Assembly (NCBI GenBank): GCA_028534125.1
Contig: JAPYYK010000098.1
Span: 1,178,001 to 1,242,000 of the forward strand
Direction: 5' to 3'
Source of the DNA: Lama glama
Taxonomy: Eukaryota
Length of the DNA stretch: 64,000 nucleotides
Positions 29,282 to 45,100 of the stretch are shown one piece after another (the stretch's first letter is position 1; each line of letters starts with the position of its first letter). The notes beneath the pieces are model-generated. The model ran no database searches. It had not been told where the DNA came from and was given only the letters and a program-made list of their open reading frames with translations. The translations under genes were made by a program, and so were the position numbers.

Positions 29282-30420
29282 TCACAGACAGCAGTGGCGG
29301 GCGGGGTGAGGACGAGGGGCCTGGGACTCGGGGGTCCCGCTGCTCCCGGAGAAGAGCAGGCCCAGTCCTGACCCCGCTGGGCAGTGGGACCACGTGCGGG
29401 CAGCCTGCTGCGGCCTCCTCAGTCACCGACGGAAAGCCTGATTTGGGAAACCAGTGCTCCTGGGAGGGCGGCATCTCCTGCGGAAGGACTCAAGGGCTGA
29501 GGGTCTCTCGGCAGCTGCCCGGATGCCTGCTGTAAAGGATCTCTCCGCGGCAGACTGCTGCCTTTGTTGAAAGAAGGCAGCCCGGCGCGGCGGGAAGAGG
29601 CGGGGGCTCTGAGCCGACGGAACCCCAAGGCTGTCCCCACAGCCCACGGACAAGCGGACGCCTGTAGGCACACGGGTCTCCCTGCCCACCTGGGTTTGCT
29701 CAGCCGTGAGATGGGAGCCCTGGCCCTGCCGTGCCCTATTTCCAAGGCCGATAACTAGATAACAAACAGGCCACTTGCTAGGAATGTGGTCTGGAAAACT
29801 ACTGAGATACACACGCCAGGAGGCAGAACACAAATGGCGCATCTTTTATGCTAGTTTACATATTCATTCATGTTATGAAAAGAAGCCAGGAAGGAAAAGC
29901 TGCCGGCTCCCACCCTCTGTGCCGCAGCCCCCGGGCCCTCCCCAGGTGACTTTAACATTGCTTCGGCCTCCAATTTCTGCCCCCATCAACCACCCCCAAC
30001 CTTAACCCGTGGAACCCCTAAGCACCCTTCAAGACCCCGCCTCAGCATCTCCGCCACTGGGCCTCCCGTTTGTCCTCACACGGAAGGCCCTTCTTTGGGT
30101 GCGGACTGAATGCCGCACCTCATTTCACAGCCGCCCCCCTCACGCTCCGCTCCTCTCTTCCCTGCCAGACTCCTCAGGGCATGGCTGTCATCCGGAGCCT
30201 GGCAGAGCCGCAGCTCACACTTTGGGCGGCTCGTCCATCGCGTGTGAGTGTGTGTGTCTCCAATAGCCCTCAAGGCCCCTGAATTTGCAACTGCAGTTCA
30301 CACAGAGCGTCGCCACCCAAAGCGTCACCTTAGCATGCAAAGCAGGAGGCAGGTTTGTAGACATGCTCCAAACCTCGCTTCTCAGCAGTCAGGCGTGTCC
30401 CTACCACCCGGGAGGGGCTA

Positions 30421-31068
<648 letters not shown>

Positions 31069-32139
31069 TCAGACGGGGTGTGGAAGGCGGCTCGCAGACT
31101 AACCGGCCAATGGTCCTCTCGGTGGGACCCTGCCAGGACTGAGCCTGGAGAAAGCTCTAAGTTCTCAGTGAGACACACTGCCCCGCATGTGCCCATCCCA
31201 GAGCCTCCCTCCTTCCAGCCCCTCCGCCCCAGGAGCCCTCGACTGTCGGCTCCCACAGGACCCGCACAGAGATGGTGCAGCGCGCCCGGCAGACCCAGGC
31301 CAGCGGACAGTGAACCTGATGATGTGGATGGAATCTGACCTGCCATCCCACCGCCGCCCGAGCCCACGGAGGCGGCCCCTCCCTGGGAGCTCCAGACCCC
31401 TCTCTGCACCCAGTCTCTGCATGTCACCCTTCTGAGTCCCTTTCTCCAAGGACCCTCGGTGCTGCTAGCACCCTTGGCATCTGAGACTGGACGCTGAGCA
31501 CAGTTCTGGGCTCCCCGCTGGCTTCTGATTCGATCGGACCTTCTCCCAAGGGCCTGTGTCTAAAATCACCTGAACTGACGGATGATTTTGCAAGAGGAAA
31601 CTGACCTCCCTCCCTCCCAGCCCTGCTATGTCCCGACCATACACTTAAGCACGACTTCCTCAGCTGTAAAGAGGGTCTGGAAGTAATAATCCCCACCATG
31701 CTCGTCTCAGGGCTAGGGGAGCCACAGGGCACGCTGTGAGTGGCGGGGCTTCCTACACGGTGCATGGCGCACAGCCTTTGGGAGCTGGACTGGGCTCCGG
31801 TGCCAGGCGAGTCCTTCCGCCAGGCGGGGGGCACCCAGTGAAGCTGCCTCGCTGATTTTGACTCGGACACACGTATTGCACAGGGGACACATGCAGACGG
31901 ACACACTGGTTCCTCCTCTTCTTAGGGGTGTACCTCTGTCGTCCCCCTTAAGATGGAGGTAAAGGCACCACAGGGACCTCCCCCTCCCCTGTGAGGGCAG
32001 CTGGCAGGAAAGCCCAGGGCCAGCGCCACGGCGAACGGCCACGGGTCAGGGAGACATCGGGGTGTGGGGGCCCGTGAAACCGGGGGGCACAGCTCTACAG
32101 ACGGGGGCTGCTTCTCACCTCCTGCAGGTTCTGCTGCGC

Positions 32140-32290
32140 GGCAGCAGGCCCAGTCTTCCGGACAAACTGCACACGGGGCTTTTATACAAAACCTTCCTAT
32201 TTTCAAATGTGGGCAACAAATAAAACTTGTCTCAAAGCACTGAGTGAGCCAAATCAAGCACCTCTGGGCGCTGGATGCAGTGCCTCCAGG
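32140..32290. mobile_element. MER103-like hAT-Charlie fragment
   Basis: ttttcaaatgtgggcaacaaata...agcactgagtgagccaaatcaagcacctctgggcgctggat. Confidence 0.5.
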
Positions 32291-32462
32291 TTTCTGGTGT
32301 ACGCGGCACTCGCCTGCCATCAGCCAGGGAAGCCGAGGCACAGAAATGCCACGGGCCCGACTGAGGGCAGAGAGTTTGCAAAGCCCTGTCTTTAATTCCA
32401 CGAGAGGCGTCAGAACGTCCTGCGTTCTGTTTTCAGATGGGGAGAACGTGTATTTGTGTGCC

Positions 32463-32488
32463 TGTGTGTGTGTGTGTGTGTGTGTGTG
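32463..32488 (+). repeat. (TG)13 microsatellite
   Basis: Direct reading. Confidence 0.95.
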
Positions 32489-33250
32489 CCTGTGTGAGCG
32501 CCTGCGCGCACGTGTGCAGGCAGGAGTGAAGGCGGCTGGCAGACGGGTGTTTCAGCCTTTGAAATCTGCTTCTCTGCCCCAGCAGGGTGTGCGCCCAGCT
32601 TAGAAATGGTTCGTTTCTTCCCGAAGGTGGGGCTTGAACCACTTCTTTGTTGACGCCTCTACAGGCTGCTTTCAGGTTTTCTTTCCAGTGGAGGGGGACC
32701 CGGACATCACTGCGTCCCAGATGAGCAGAATCAGTCCCCGCAGCTAAAATGCTCCTGGCTTTCACACTTTCTCAGAGGGCCCGGAGGGGCAGGGGAGGGG
32801 GAGAGAGCGGGGCCGAGCTAGGGCAGGGCAGGGGTGGCGGGCTCCGGCCCTGCCCTGTGCACCCTCCCTCACAGGGCTTGGTATCTGTCCATGAACCATG
32901 GGTCACACCCTCCAGGCCTTCAGGACCCTCTGCTGTCCACTCGCTGGGGCCCACAGCTCCGGCCCCACAGGCTTCTGGGGAGTGTGGGGGGCGCACCTGC
33001 CTCTGCTACGTGCTCTGAGTGTCTGTGAACTACACCAGCAAACTAGTGCCCAGCTCAGACGACCTGCCAGCCTCCTCCTCCCAGAAGGCACCCTGGACTT
33101 GGAACTCAGAGTCAGCTGCCCTTCTGGGAGCACGTCAAGCTATTTCAGACCTTCAGGCCTTCGCACGCACCACGCCCTCCACCCGGTCCGCTGGCCAGGC
33201 CCTCCCCTCCATGAAGCCTGAGGTCACGTCTGGGCTCCCACAGCACCTCA

Positions 33251-33544
<294 letters not shown>

Positions 33545-34467
33545 TCAGGGGTACCCCGGGGCCCCAGCTCCCCAAAAGGGCAGAGCCCACAGGAGCCCCA
33601 GACCCCTGGGCTGCCTGCCAGCTCTCACCCCACTGCCTTCCCGCTCAGGTCAGGACTTGCTAACGCGGGAGTGCAGCCCACAGTCACCCCAGCATGAGCA
33701 CAGGGCACCCCACGCTGCAATTCACACCATCCACAGGGGCCTGCAGAAGATGCAGGGCCAAGCCACACTAGCCAGCCTCCTCACACAGGACTTCTCAGAG
33801 CCTTGACAAATCACGAAGGAAACTCTAGGCGTGGGTGCTTCCCTGCAGAGCCCCCATGACAGGATGTCTGTGAACAAGTCACGCGCCTGGGTACCATGGG
33901 AATAGTCTGGGGAAGCTCCTCCGAACTGAGGACAGGACTTTGGTCCCACCGAGTGGGCGGGGGAGGCGCTGGTCATGTGTCGGACGAGCTTCAGGCAGCC
34001 TCTAGAAGACACCACCCCATGCCTGGAGCCCTCCCCAGACCCCACCCCCACTGTCCATGGACAAGACAAGAAGAACCCCCCGAACAAAGCCCACTCGGTC
34101 CTGCGTGACCAAGCCCCCCTGGCTGGGCCCCCCGGTACCCTCCCCTGCCCCTTCCTCAGGCTCCAGCTCACAGAACCCGGGGCAGCACCACCTCTGCAGT
34201 GCCCACCAGCTGAGACCAGGCAGCGGCTGAGGTCCCCCTAGGGAAGCCCCGGGGACAGGGCTGGGCCCCGTGGTAAACCTGGAGAAAACCCCTGGGCTGC
34301 CAGGCGTCATCTTGGAAAGGGGGTCAGAAGCTACAGACTGGGGACCCCGACCAAGACCCTGAGACATTCGGGAAATCCGTGGCTTCCCCACAAGGCTGTC
34401 ATTTTTGCTGCCTTCCGTTAGTAGGTTCCGTACTAAGGCCTCTGCAGTGGTCGGTTCGCAAGTGTGA

Positions 34468-35195
<728 letters not shown>

Positions 35196-36067
35196 TCAGG
35201 GGGGTATGATGACACAGCAGAGGAAGGGACAGATGGCAGCATCAGCCCCTCCCCCTGTCCGTCCTGGACCATGGGCTGTCGCACCTTGGCTGAGACATCC
35301 CATTCCTGGGTGACCCCCAAGGGCTCTGGGACGCCTGCACCCCCCTGGCAGGGCAGCTCACCCTGCTCACCTCTCTCAGTCTAGCGGGAGCCCCTGCTCA
35401 CGAGCAGCAGGCCTGGGTGGGATTCAGTCTCCGACAACCTGAACTTACTAAGTGCCATCCAGAGGGCACACACGGGGACAATGCAGCCAAAGGCGAAAAC
35501 AGGCTCTGAGCCAGGCTGCGAGTCGGTGCCCAGTCCTGCCACTGGCTGGCTGTGTGCCCTGGGCAGATGCCCAAAGCGTTCCAGGTGCCATCTCCTCCTC
35601 TGACGTGGAGACGACCCGGGAGCTACCTCGCAGGGCTGTCCAGACACCGCGCAGAGTAACATCCAGAAAGCGCCTTGAAGAGGACGCGCCATGCGGATGT
35701 TTGCCCCTGGGAGGTGCCAGGCGCTGCTCTAGATGTGGGAAGGCGGCAGGCTAGTGGGGACACAGACCCCGCTCACTGTCTGAGCCCACACAGGACTGCA
35801 CGGCAAGTGCCCGTGTCAAAGGGGTGAGGGACCCGGGGAGAGAACGCCAGGCTGCCTTCTGCAGCAGGAAAGCAGAGAAGTGAAGCCGGACCCCGCAGGT
35901 GAACAGGGCTGAGCAGGTGACGGGCGTGGGGGACTGCTCCAGCAGGAAGAACGGCATCCTGACAGCAGCCCCCAAGCTCCCCCTGAGCTAGAACCCCGAG
36001 CCTGACACCTGCCGAGGGGCTGCTCAGGGAGCACAGACAGGAGGGGCTGGAGAGGTTCCCGCCTCAC

Positions 36068-36148
36068 CTGGGTCCCTGTCCTCATCCGAGTGATGGGGGC
36101 GCGGATCCTCACCGCCTGGAGAAGCAGCACCTCCACTTCCACGAGATC
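36068..36148 (-). CDS. NUP210: NUP210 exon ~26 (DLVEVEVLLLQAVRIRAPITRMRTGTQ)
   Basis: ttcctag|GAT ... CAG|gtgagg; 81 nt. Confidence 0.95.
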
Positions 36149-38534
36149 CTAGGAAAAGGGCTTGGGGCTCAGGCGGGCTGGGGGTGAGGGCCGCGTGCTA
36201 CAACGGGAGTTTCGGGAAGGGACCCCTCCAACCAAGGAGGCTTCTGCTGAGGCCGGCTCAGAGTCACGTGGCTAGAAGGCGCCACAGGAGTTCCCGCATG
36301 ATGCTTCTCTTTCCGGGGAGGCCTGGCTCTTTGGGTCGCTTGCCTCATCTGGACCTGGCTGCTGCCTCTCTGCTGCCCCTGGGGGCACCAGCCTGGTCCT
36401 CTGAGCCTACAGACCTGTCCTACCCAGATGCTCCAGGTCAGCGCTGCAGAAATGTGGGGATACTGAGCAGGGACTGTTCTCCAGGCCAGGCAGCCCTCAC
36501 AGGACAGGCTTCCAACTCTCCCAACCCTAAATCCAGCCTGTTGGTCTCTGAGCAGTTACAGGAACTAATGCAGGAGCCACGCAGAGTGTGGTTAGAACAG
36601 ACCTTATACCCTCCTTCATTCTGAACTCCATACTCCTATTAATCTGGCCAAAGACTAACTTTACTGGCTTCTTGGCAGTGCTGCTGAATCTACACTACCA
36701 AAACCATTAGGCCCCTTTCACACATGCTCCTGTGAGCCCACCTCCTGCGCCTTGTGACCTGGGCTAACTCCTGGCACACAGGAGGTGCTCAGCAAGCATC
36801 CATTCCCTTCCTTCCCTTCATCTTTCTCACTGCTCAGTCTCCTCCTGCCATTCCTGGACCATCTCCTCTGCCTTGGGAGCTAATTCTTAGGGTGACCTGG
36901 ACTGCAGATAGAGCTGTGAGCTTCGGACCAGAATCACATGCTCTCTGTGGACACACGGACCTCGGGCAGAGTGCCTGCCTGCCTGGGCTCAAGGAGGCGC
37001 CTTTCAGATGCAGCTGGGGGTGCAGCCCCTCCATCTGTTAAGGTGAACCAGGGCCCGGCCCCAGCCCCTCCCCCAGCCCTCCAGACGGAGGCGCATGGAG
37101 AGAGGTGGCCCAGAAAGGTCAGCCCGGAGAGGAGCGGTGGCCAGGAGGGACTGCGGGCTCTGTGCCCCTCAGGCCGACTCTCCAGCCAGCTGCCATTTCA
37201 GCCACGTAGGCCCCCAGGGGGAGAAAAACGGGCCGGTTCCTGAGGCTCAACCCTTTCTTCAGAAGGAAACAAAGCAGGGCCTCCTCGGGCCTTCGTTCCA
37301 CTCTCCAGGGCGTCTCTCTGAGCCCCGTGGGCAGCCAGGGGCAAGCCTCACTTGCAGGTGGTTATTGTCTCCTTAGGACAGGCAGACTCTGGGTACCCAG
37401 CCCCGCAACCCAGAAGAGCTCTGCGGTTTACCCGAGGCCCTTGCTGGGACAAGGAGTAGATCAACGAACGCAGTGTTGGCTCGGGGCCAGCCTCCCCTCT
37501 CCCGGGCAGCGGGCGCCAGCTCCCCGCGCTGTGCGTTCAGACGCTCTGGACACGGCGGCATTTCGGGACCGCTTTCAGGGGCCCAATTCTGGACAACCAA
37601 TGGGACGACTGGGCTCTGAAAAGGCTCCTGACCACAGTCACATTGCACAAAACAAAACGTTTCTTAGAGCCAGTTTTCCAGGGTGGCACTGACCACAAAG
37701 CAGATGCTTCAAGTCACCGCGGGCAAAGGACATGGGGCAGAGTCCAAGCGCCCGGAGTCCTTCTCGGGACAAGGCCGTGCTCTGCCCTCTCCTTCCAGAG
37801 GCCCACAGAAGTGCCACCCCCGGGAAAGAAGGAAGCGGTCAGACTTAGAGACCCCAGCTTTCGCCTGCTGGGAGTCAATGCCACCAACGGGGGGCAGGGG
37901 ACCCTCCAGCATCTCTGCTGACTGAGATGCAGTTAGGAAACGCCCCCCCCCACCCAGAGAGGAGGCCTGGGAGACAACCTCCAGCTGAGCAGAGTCTAGT
38001 GCAGGGTCAGGGTTTCCTTTTCTCCTGGAAATATAAACCCAGGTCTGAAAAGCTGCTGGTGTCCAGCCGTCCTTGTTCACGGCAGCCAAGCCAGCGCACA
38101 CCTCCGAAAACACACACGTAACCCACAAAGCCTGTCAGAGCCAACAGCACCCCCTTCTCTTCTACGAGAGCATCTCCAAGCCCTGCCTGAAACGAACGAA
38201 GGGAAGGACGGAGGCTCTGATGTCAGCAATACTCGGGCAGGTCCGAGAACAGCTGCAGAGAGGCTGAGGGCACCAGCTCAGCCCTTGGGCCCAGCATCCA
38301 CCAACAGGCCGAGCGGACGGCGCTGGGGGACTAGAGGAGGTGGGACTAGAGCAGCGTCTGCTGTCGCAACTGCCACCATCACTCTGCACGGGAATGCCCC
38401 CTGGGCGGGGGCTTCGGGACCCTGTCCCCTAAGGAGCAGCCGGGGACCCTCAGCCCGGGGAAGGACAACCTCTGGGGTGCGAGGGCACGGCCGGTCCCGA
38501 TGTGGGCGGGCGACAAGCAGGGGCTTCTGACTCA

Positions 38535-38870
<336 letters not shown>

Positions 38871-38973
38871 TCAGCCCGCCCCCTCGGCCGGCCCCCACCT
38901 CGTTCTCAGAGACAAGGGCGCCAACACCCCAGAGCGCCCACCCTTAGTCCGTTCGAGGGGCTCCGAGGGGTCA

Positions 38974-39147
<174 letters not shown>

Positions 39148-40383
39148 TCACGCTCCACGGCTCTGGAGACAGGGAGGCACAGTGCATGACTCTGACTCTC
39201 TGAGGAGGGGCTGGCGGGGGCCTGGGGTCCCGGCCGACTCTGAGGGGCCAAGAGGTCCCACGAGACCTCAGCCCACCCCTGGGCCCGAGGATCTGCGGTT
39301 CACGGGGGCATGTTCTGCTGGTGTGGATGCCACCTGGGACGTGGTGCAAATGCCCGCTCCCCGGCCTGCCTCGGAGCTGCGGGTCAGAGACGCGGCCCTG
39401 CGATCCGCCTTTTAATGAGCCCTCCACGAGATTCTGACGCGCGCCACGGTTTCCAATCCACTGCGAGACGTCCCCAGCTCCTTTGGAAGGTTGCCTCTTT
39501 CACTAAACGTCTCCAAATTTCTACTGACAAATTGCCTTAGAATAGTTCTCTGCTTCAGGTGGGGAACACCAGACGCGGGGGCAGGGATGACGAGGCCCGG
39601 GTCTCTGCAGCAGGGCAAAGCCCCAGCGTCCTCCTCCTGCACCCCGCAACCCCCCGGCACCCCTACAATGCTCACTTCGCAGCAGCATGGAAACGTCACA
39701 AGAGCGCGCCAGCCGGCCAAGGGGCTGCCTTGTGTGCGAGGATGTCTCTGCAGGGCTGTGCCGTTTATAGTCAGAAGTGACTTTCTCCTCACCAGGAGAA
39801 GGGCAGAAGCACAACCCACACCCACGGCTTCAGAACACAGACTGACCCAGAGCCCACCAGCCCCACGTGGCAGAGACCGCGGAGGACGCGGCAGGAACCG
39901 CCCAGCGCTGCCACTGAGGGATGAACTTGGACGCGCCTTCTGAGCCCTGCCATGCTCGGCTCCTGCCAACACCTCAGGCTGTGCGGGCACCAAGCCACAC
40001 GCTGAGAGGTGCCGGCCCCCGGAGCGCCCTCGTCTGGGGCCTGCTGCCCCAGGAGCCCTGCAAGGAGCCCACCACTTCCAAGGCCCCCCGGCTGTCGACG
40101 TGCTTCCACACACGCCCACATCCGCCCGCAGCTCCACCAGCCACTGCTTTCCAGCACATCAGGGGTTAAAGACTGCTCGGCCCCTCCCTTGTCCTGAGAC
40201 AAGTCCCCTCTCCCCTCTGACACACCACGCCCCTCTGCCTCCCAGAGAGGGCAAAGTTACCCGGTGTCCTCCCTCCTGCTGCCCCTGGACCCCCAGGACT
40301 GGCGGAGGCCCTCTGTTAGCCAGATGGCTCCGCAGGGTGGAGTTTAGTATGGCCTCTCCACGTGCCTTCCTGGACTGTCCCTA

Positions 40384-40941
<558 letters not shown>

Positions 40942-41050
40942 CTAGGCTGACCTCCAGACTCTCAGCCCATCAACAGACGAAAATTGATCAAGTGCTTACT
41001 GTATCCAAGGTGCAGAAATGACACGGCCCGCTCCTAAGAACTAACGATCT

Positions 41051-41280
41051 GGGAGAGGGTTAGATCAGGAGCATGGGTTAACAGGTACAAACTGCTACAC
41101 AGAACATGGATGAACAGCGAGGATTTACTGCACAGCACAGGGAACTACACTCAACATCTCGTAACAACCTACGATGGAAAAGCATCTGAAAAGGAATACG
41201 CGTGAGTAACTGAACCACCATGCTGCACCCCAGGAACTCACGCAACGCCGTAAATCAACTCTCCTTCAATTAAAAGAAAC
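41051..41280 (+). mobile_element. 5'-truncated cetartiodactyl L1 3' end
   Basis: actgcacagcacagggaactacactcaa...aacctacgatggaaaagcatctgaaaaggaata...gtaaatcaactctccttcaattaaaa. Confidence 0.85.
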
Positions 41281-41627
41281 AGCTAACAATCCAGTTGGCG
41301 AGCTTGTCCACCGCCTAGACTAGCAACAGGCACACAGGGAGTTTAACAAGTGCTCCGTGACTCAGCAGCTCACACCTGGCAGAACAGGATACGCGCTGTA
41401 AGAACTTTGGGGAACGCTTAGTGGAAGAGTTCACGTCTGGACAGCAAATCACCAGGGACACAGACCAGGAGGGACATCCGAGGCCGAGGGAACGCCGGCT
41501 CTCAGGGGAAGAGCTGCGTGAGTGCCCCCGAGTCCCCAGCCGTTCTCGCCCCAGGAAGGCAGCACCTGACAGCGCCAACTGGGGAAATAAAAACGCCCTC
41601 TTTCCACTGAAGAACAGCCTAGGCCTA

Positions 41628-42119
<492 letters not shown>

Positions 42120-45100
42120 TCACACGGGCTCACAGCAGCAGCCCATTGCCTGTGCATCTCCGTCTCCCAGAGACCCCGGGCCCAGGCTCATAAGACGCTC
42201 CCCCAAACGTTGCCCTGCCCACCCCTCATCGTGAGCCCCCACTGCCCGTCAGGAGTGGGCTGGAGATGTAAAATGCTGGTGCCCAGATAGATTTCAGAGA
42301 GCATTCATTTCAACTTTGCACCATTTACAAGAAGAAAACAGAAGCTCCTCCTTAGGACACAGTGTCTCAGGGGCCGAGTGAGGATTCACACCCTGGATTC
42401 CGTATTTCCCGTCCAGGACACTTGCCTCTGCAGCTTCCGTAATAAAAGAGCATCCCATGGGGTCTCCCGCGACCCACAGGCCAGGGGTTGGCGGTCTGTG
42501 AAACGGCTGATCTCCAAATGAAGCTCTTACCGAGAAGCCCTTGTGTGAACTCCCAGAGCCTCAGCACCTGGGAACGGGCCGCAGAGGCCACCACGTCCTC
42601 CGTGTGACTCTCTGGGTCTCCCTCATGGCCACCTTCATCTCCACCTCCGCTGGGTCTGAAGTAGAGCCCCGGCCAAATGTCTGAGCAGAACGTCCGAGCG
42701 CCTGCTTTGCAGCCTTTCACTGACAAAGGCCTCCCTTTAAGTCTTCCCTCTCTCCACCTCCTTCCGGGGACCCCACCTATAGGACTCTCTCCCCAGACAC
42801 AGTGTAGTAAAATCACTGTGTCTTGCAGTAGAGGGACTTGCAGTCACTTGTCGTACTGCTTAAGCGTGCATCTCAACTGGTCTGGGGGCTGCATAGGAGG
42901 AGGTGAGCCATGGGGTCAGTGGGTGGGCCCCGCGGCTACCTCCCGTCTCCCCCGGCCCTGGCTTTGCTGCCTGTGGTCTGTGGTCTTATGTTCACTGGGG
43001 GCGGGGGTGGGAGTCGGGTACAGTGAACCGTTCAGTGCTGGCAAAGCCACGATTTCAATATCAAAAAGCTCTGGGGAAGAACCAGATGGAGACAACCACA
43101 CAACCCCAGCACAGCCAGGCTAAACGCCTTCAAAGGCTGCCCAGAGGGAGCCCAAATCCTCAGCACACGATGCGGTCCCCACCATGGCTCCGATGTCACA
43201 AGCCACCCACCCCCACGGCCGGCACGCGCTAGCCGGCTGGCACCTGCCTGCCCGCCTCAGGGCCGCACAGCCCCTCTCAGAGACTGGGGGCGCCTCCTCC
43301 CGCTGCCTCACACTCACCCTCTAGACACATCCAAGTGTCCCCCTCGGCTAAGTCTCCCCTGACGCAGGACGGTCGGGACCTTCACCCCCTCTGCTCGCTT
43401 CTCCTGGACCTGTCACTCCGTTCTGATGCAGACCTTCCTGCGCATCCTTTCCCTGCAGGCTGTCCTCTCCCCTCCCACAGCCTCAGGACCGAGCAAGCAC
43501 CTGGCACAGACTCGCCCCCGACACGATGGGGAGAGTATGCTGAGCAGACTGAGATCCAGGGCACAGCTCTGAGTCGCCAGTTAACGCAGAGAGGCTGGAC
43601 GCTGCAGCCTGCTCAGCTCCAGTCTTGGCTTTGACAAGACCTGGGAATCCTGAAAGAAGTCTGCAGGCCCCAGGTACTCTCATCTCTTTGGGAAGTGCTG
43701 ATTCTGGTCCAACGCCTTCAATGTACGTATGGGAACCCAGCCTTGCAGGGTGGCGCTGGGGAGGGAACACAGTGCCTGAGCCTCCAGCTTAGGGCTTTCT
43801 CCCACACTTGGCCACTTCCCAGAGCTGGAGGCCACCAGCAGCCAGAGAGGAACTGTCGGGCAGGGGAGGCTGTGGGGGCCTGGCAGGAAGATGCTGGGGC
43901 CGAGAGGCCCTCGCTCACAGTTGGTCGGGGACACGGAGGGCTGGCAGCTTGGCCGGGCTGAGAATTTGGCCAGGATCACTGGGCTCGAGGGCACACCAAC
44001 ACAGGTGAAGGGCACCTGGCTTATTCCACACAACGACTCAAGTCGGTTATAAAGATCCCAGAGTGGAAGTCATGCGGGCGCTTTGAGAAGACGGTGGCGG
44101 GACCTGAGCCTTGGCTACGCCAGCCTGGTATCGAACACACTGAGGACTGAGGGCTGGGGGCCACCAGGCCTCCAGCTTTGTGGAGGACGAGTCACTGGGC
44201 TTACTACACGTCCCCCAGAGAGAAGCCACTTAAAAATTACAGAAAGAAGCTTCCTCTGAGAACACGGTCCGAGGCCCCGATCTGACTCTCCTGCAGAAGC
44301 TCCTGCCGCGGGGAGCGGCCCTGACGGTGCGGAGAAATCACAGGCCGCTGCGCCGACCGCGGACAGACCCACGCAGGGCGCTCAGGAGGCGTTCTCACTT
44401 CCTTCTCTCCTTCCAAAGAGCCATTTTGCACATTTTAAACAAAAAGATGACTGGCGGCAGGGAAATCAATTCCACTTTCACTGGATTCTCCGGCAGCTAG
44501 ACGTCAGGCCGCCTTCCGGGTGGTGGAGCAGAGGGGTCACCCATGGAGGGGCTGCTGTCCCCACACATCAGCCCCCTCGGGCCCACTGGACAGTGAGCAG
44601 CACTTTAAGGGCGAGTCCACCGGCCACTCCAGAGACACACTGGTCTGCAGGAATCGAGGGGGCCAGGCCCACTCCCCACTGGCTCACACCCCTGCTCCTC
44701 CAGTCTCCAGACGCTCTTGCTTTTTGACGGACCTGCAGGGGACACGTGTGCAGGGGGGAAGGTAGGCAAACCCACGTCCAGAGTGAGCTCTCGTTCTGAA
44801 GTGGTGACAGGGACACTTGAGAGCCGAGGGAGGGTCCTGTCCTCTCATCTCCTTGCAGATGCTGCATGTGGAGCCAGAGGCAGCTCTTCCCACCTGCCGT
44901 CCGCCCACACCCGCTGGGCCCCGAGGCTGCCACGTCACCGCTGCTCCTGCCTCCCTGGCATCACACTTGGCACGTGTCCCTTGGCAGGTGGCATCTGTAG
45001 GAGAGTCAGGACCCTGCCGATACGTCTGAATGTGAGCAGTGCAGTCAGCTTCTGTTTCCCATGTGTGCCCATCAACCTCTTGTGGCGGCCAGGCTGTGCC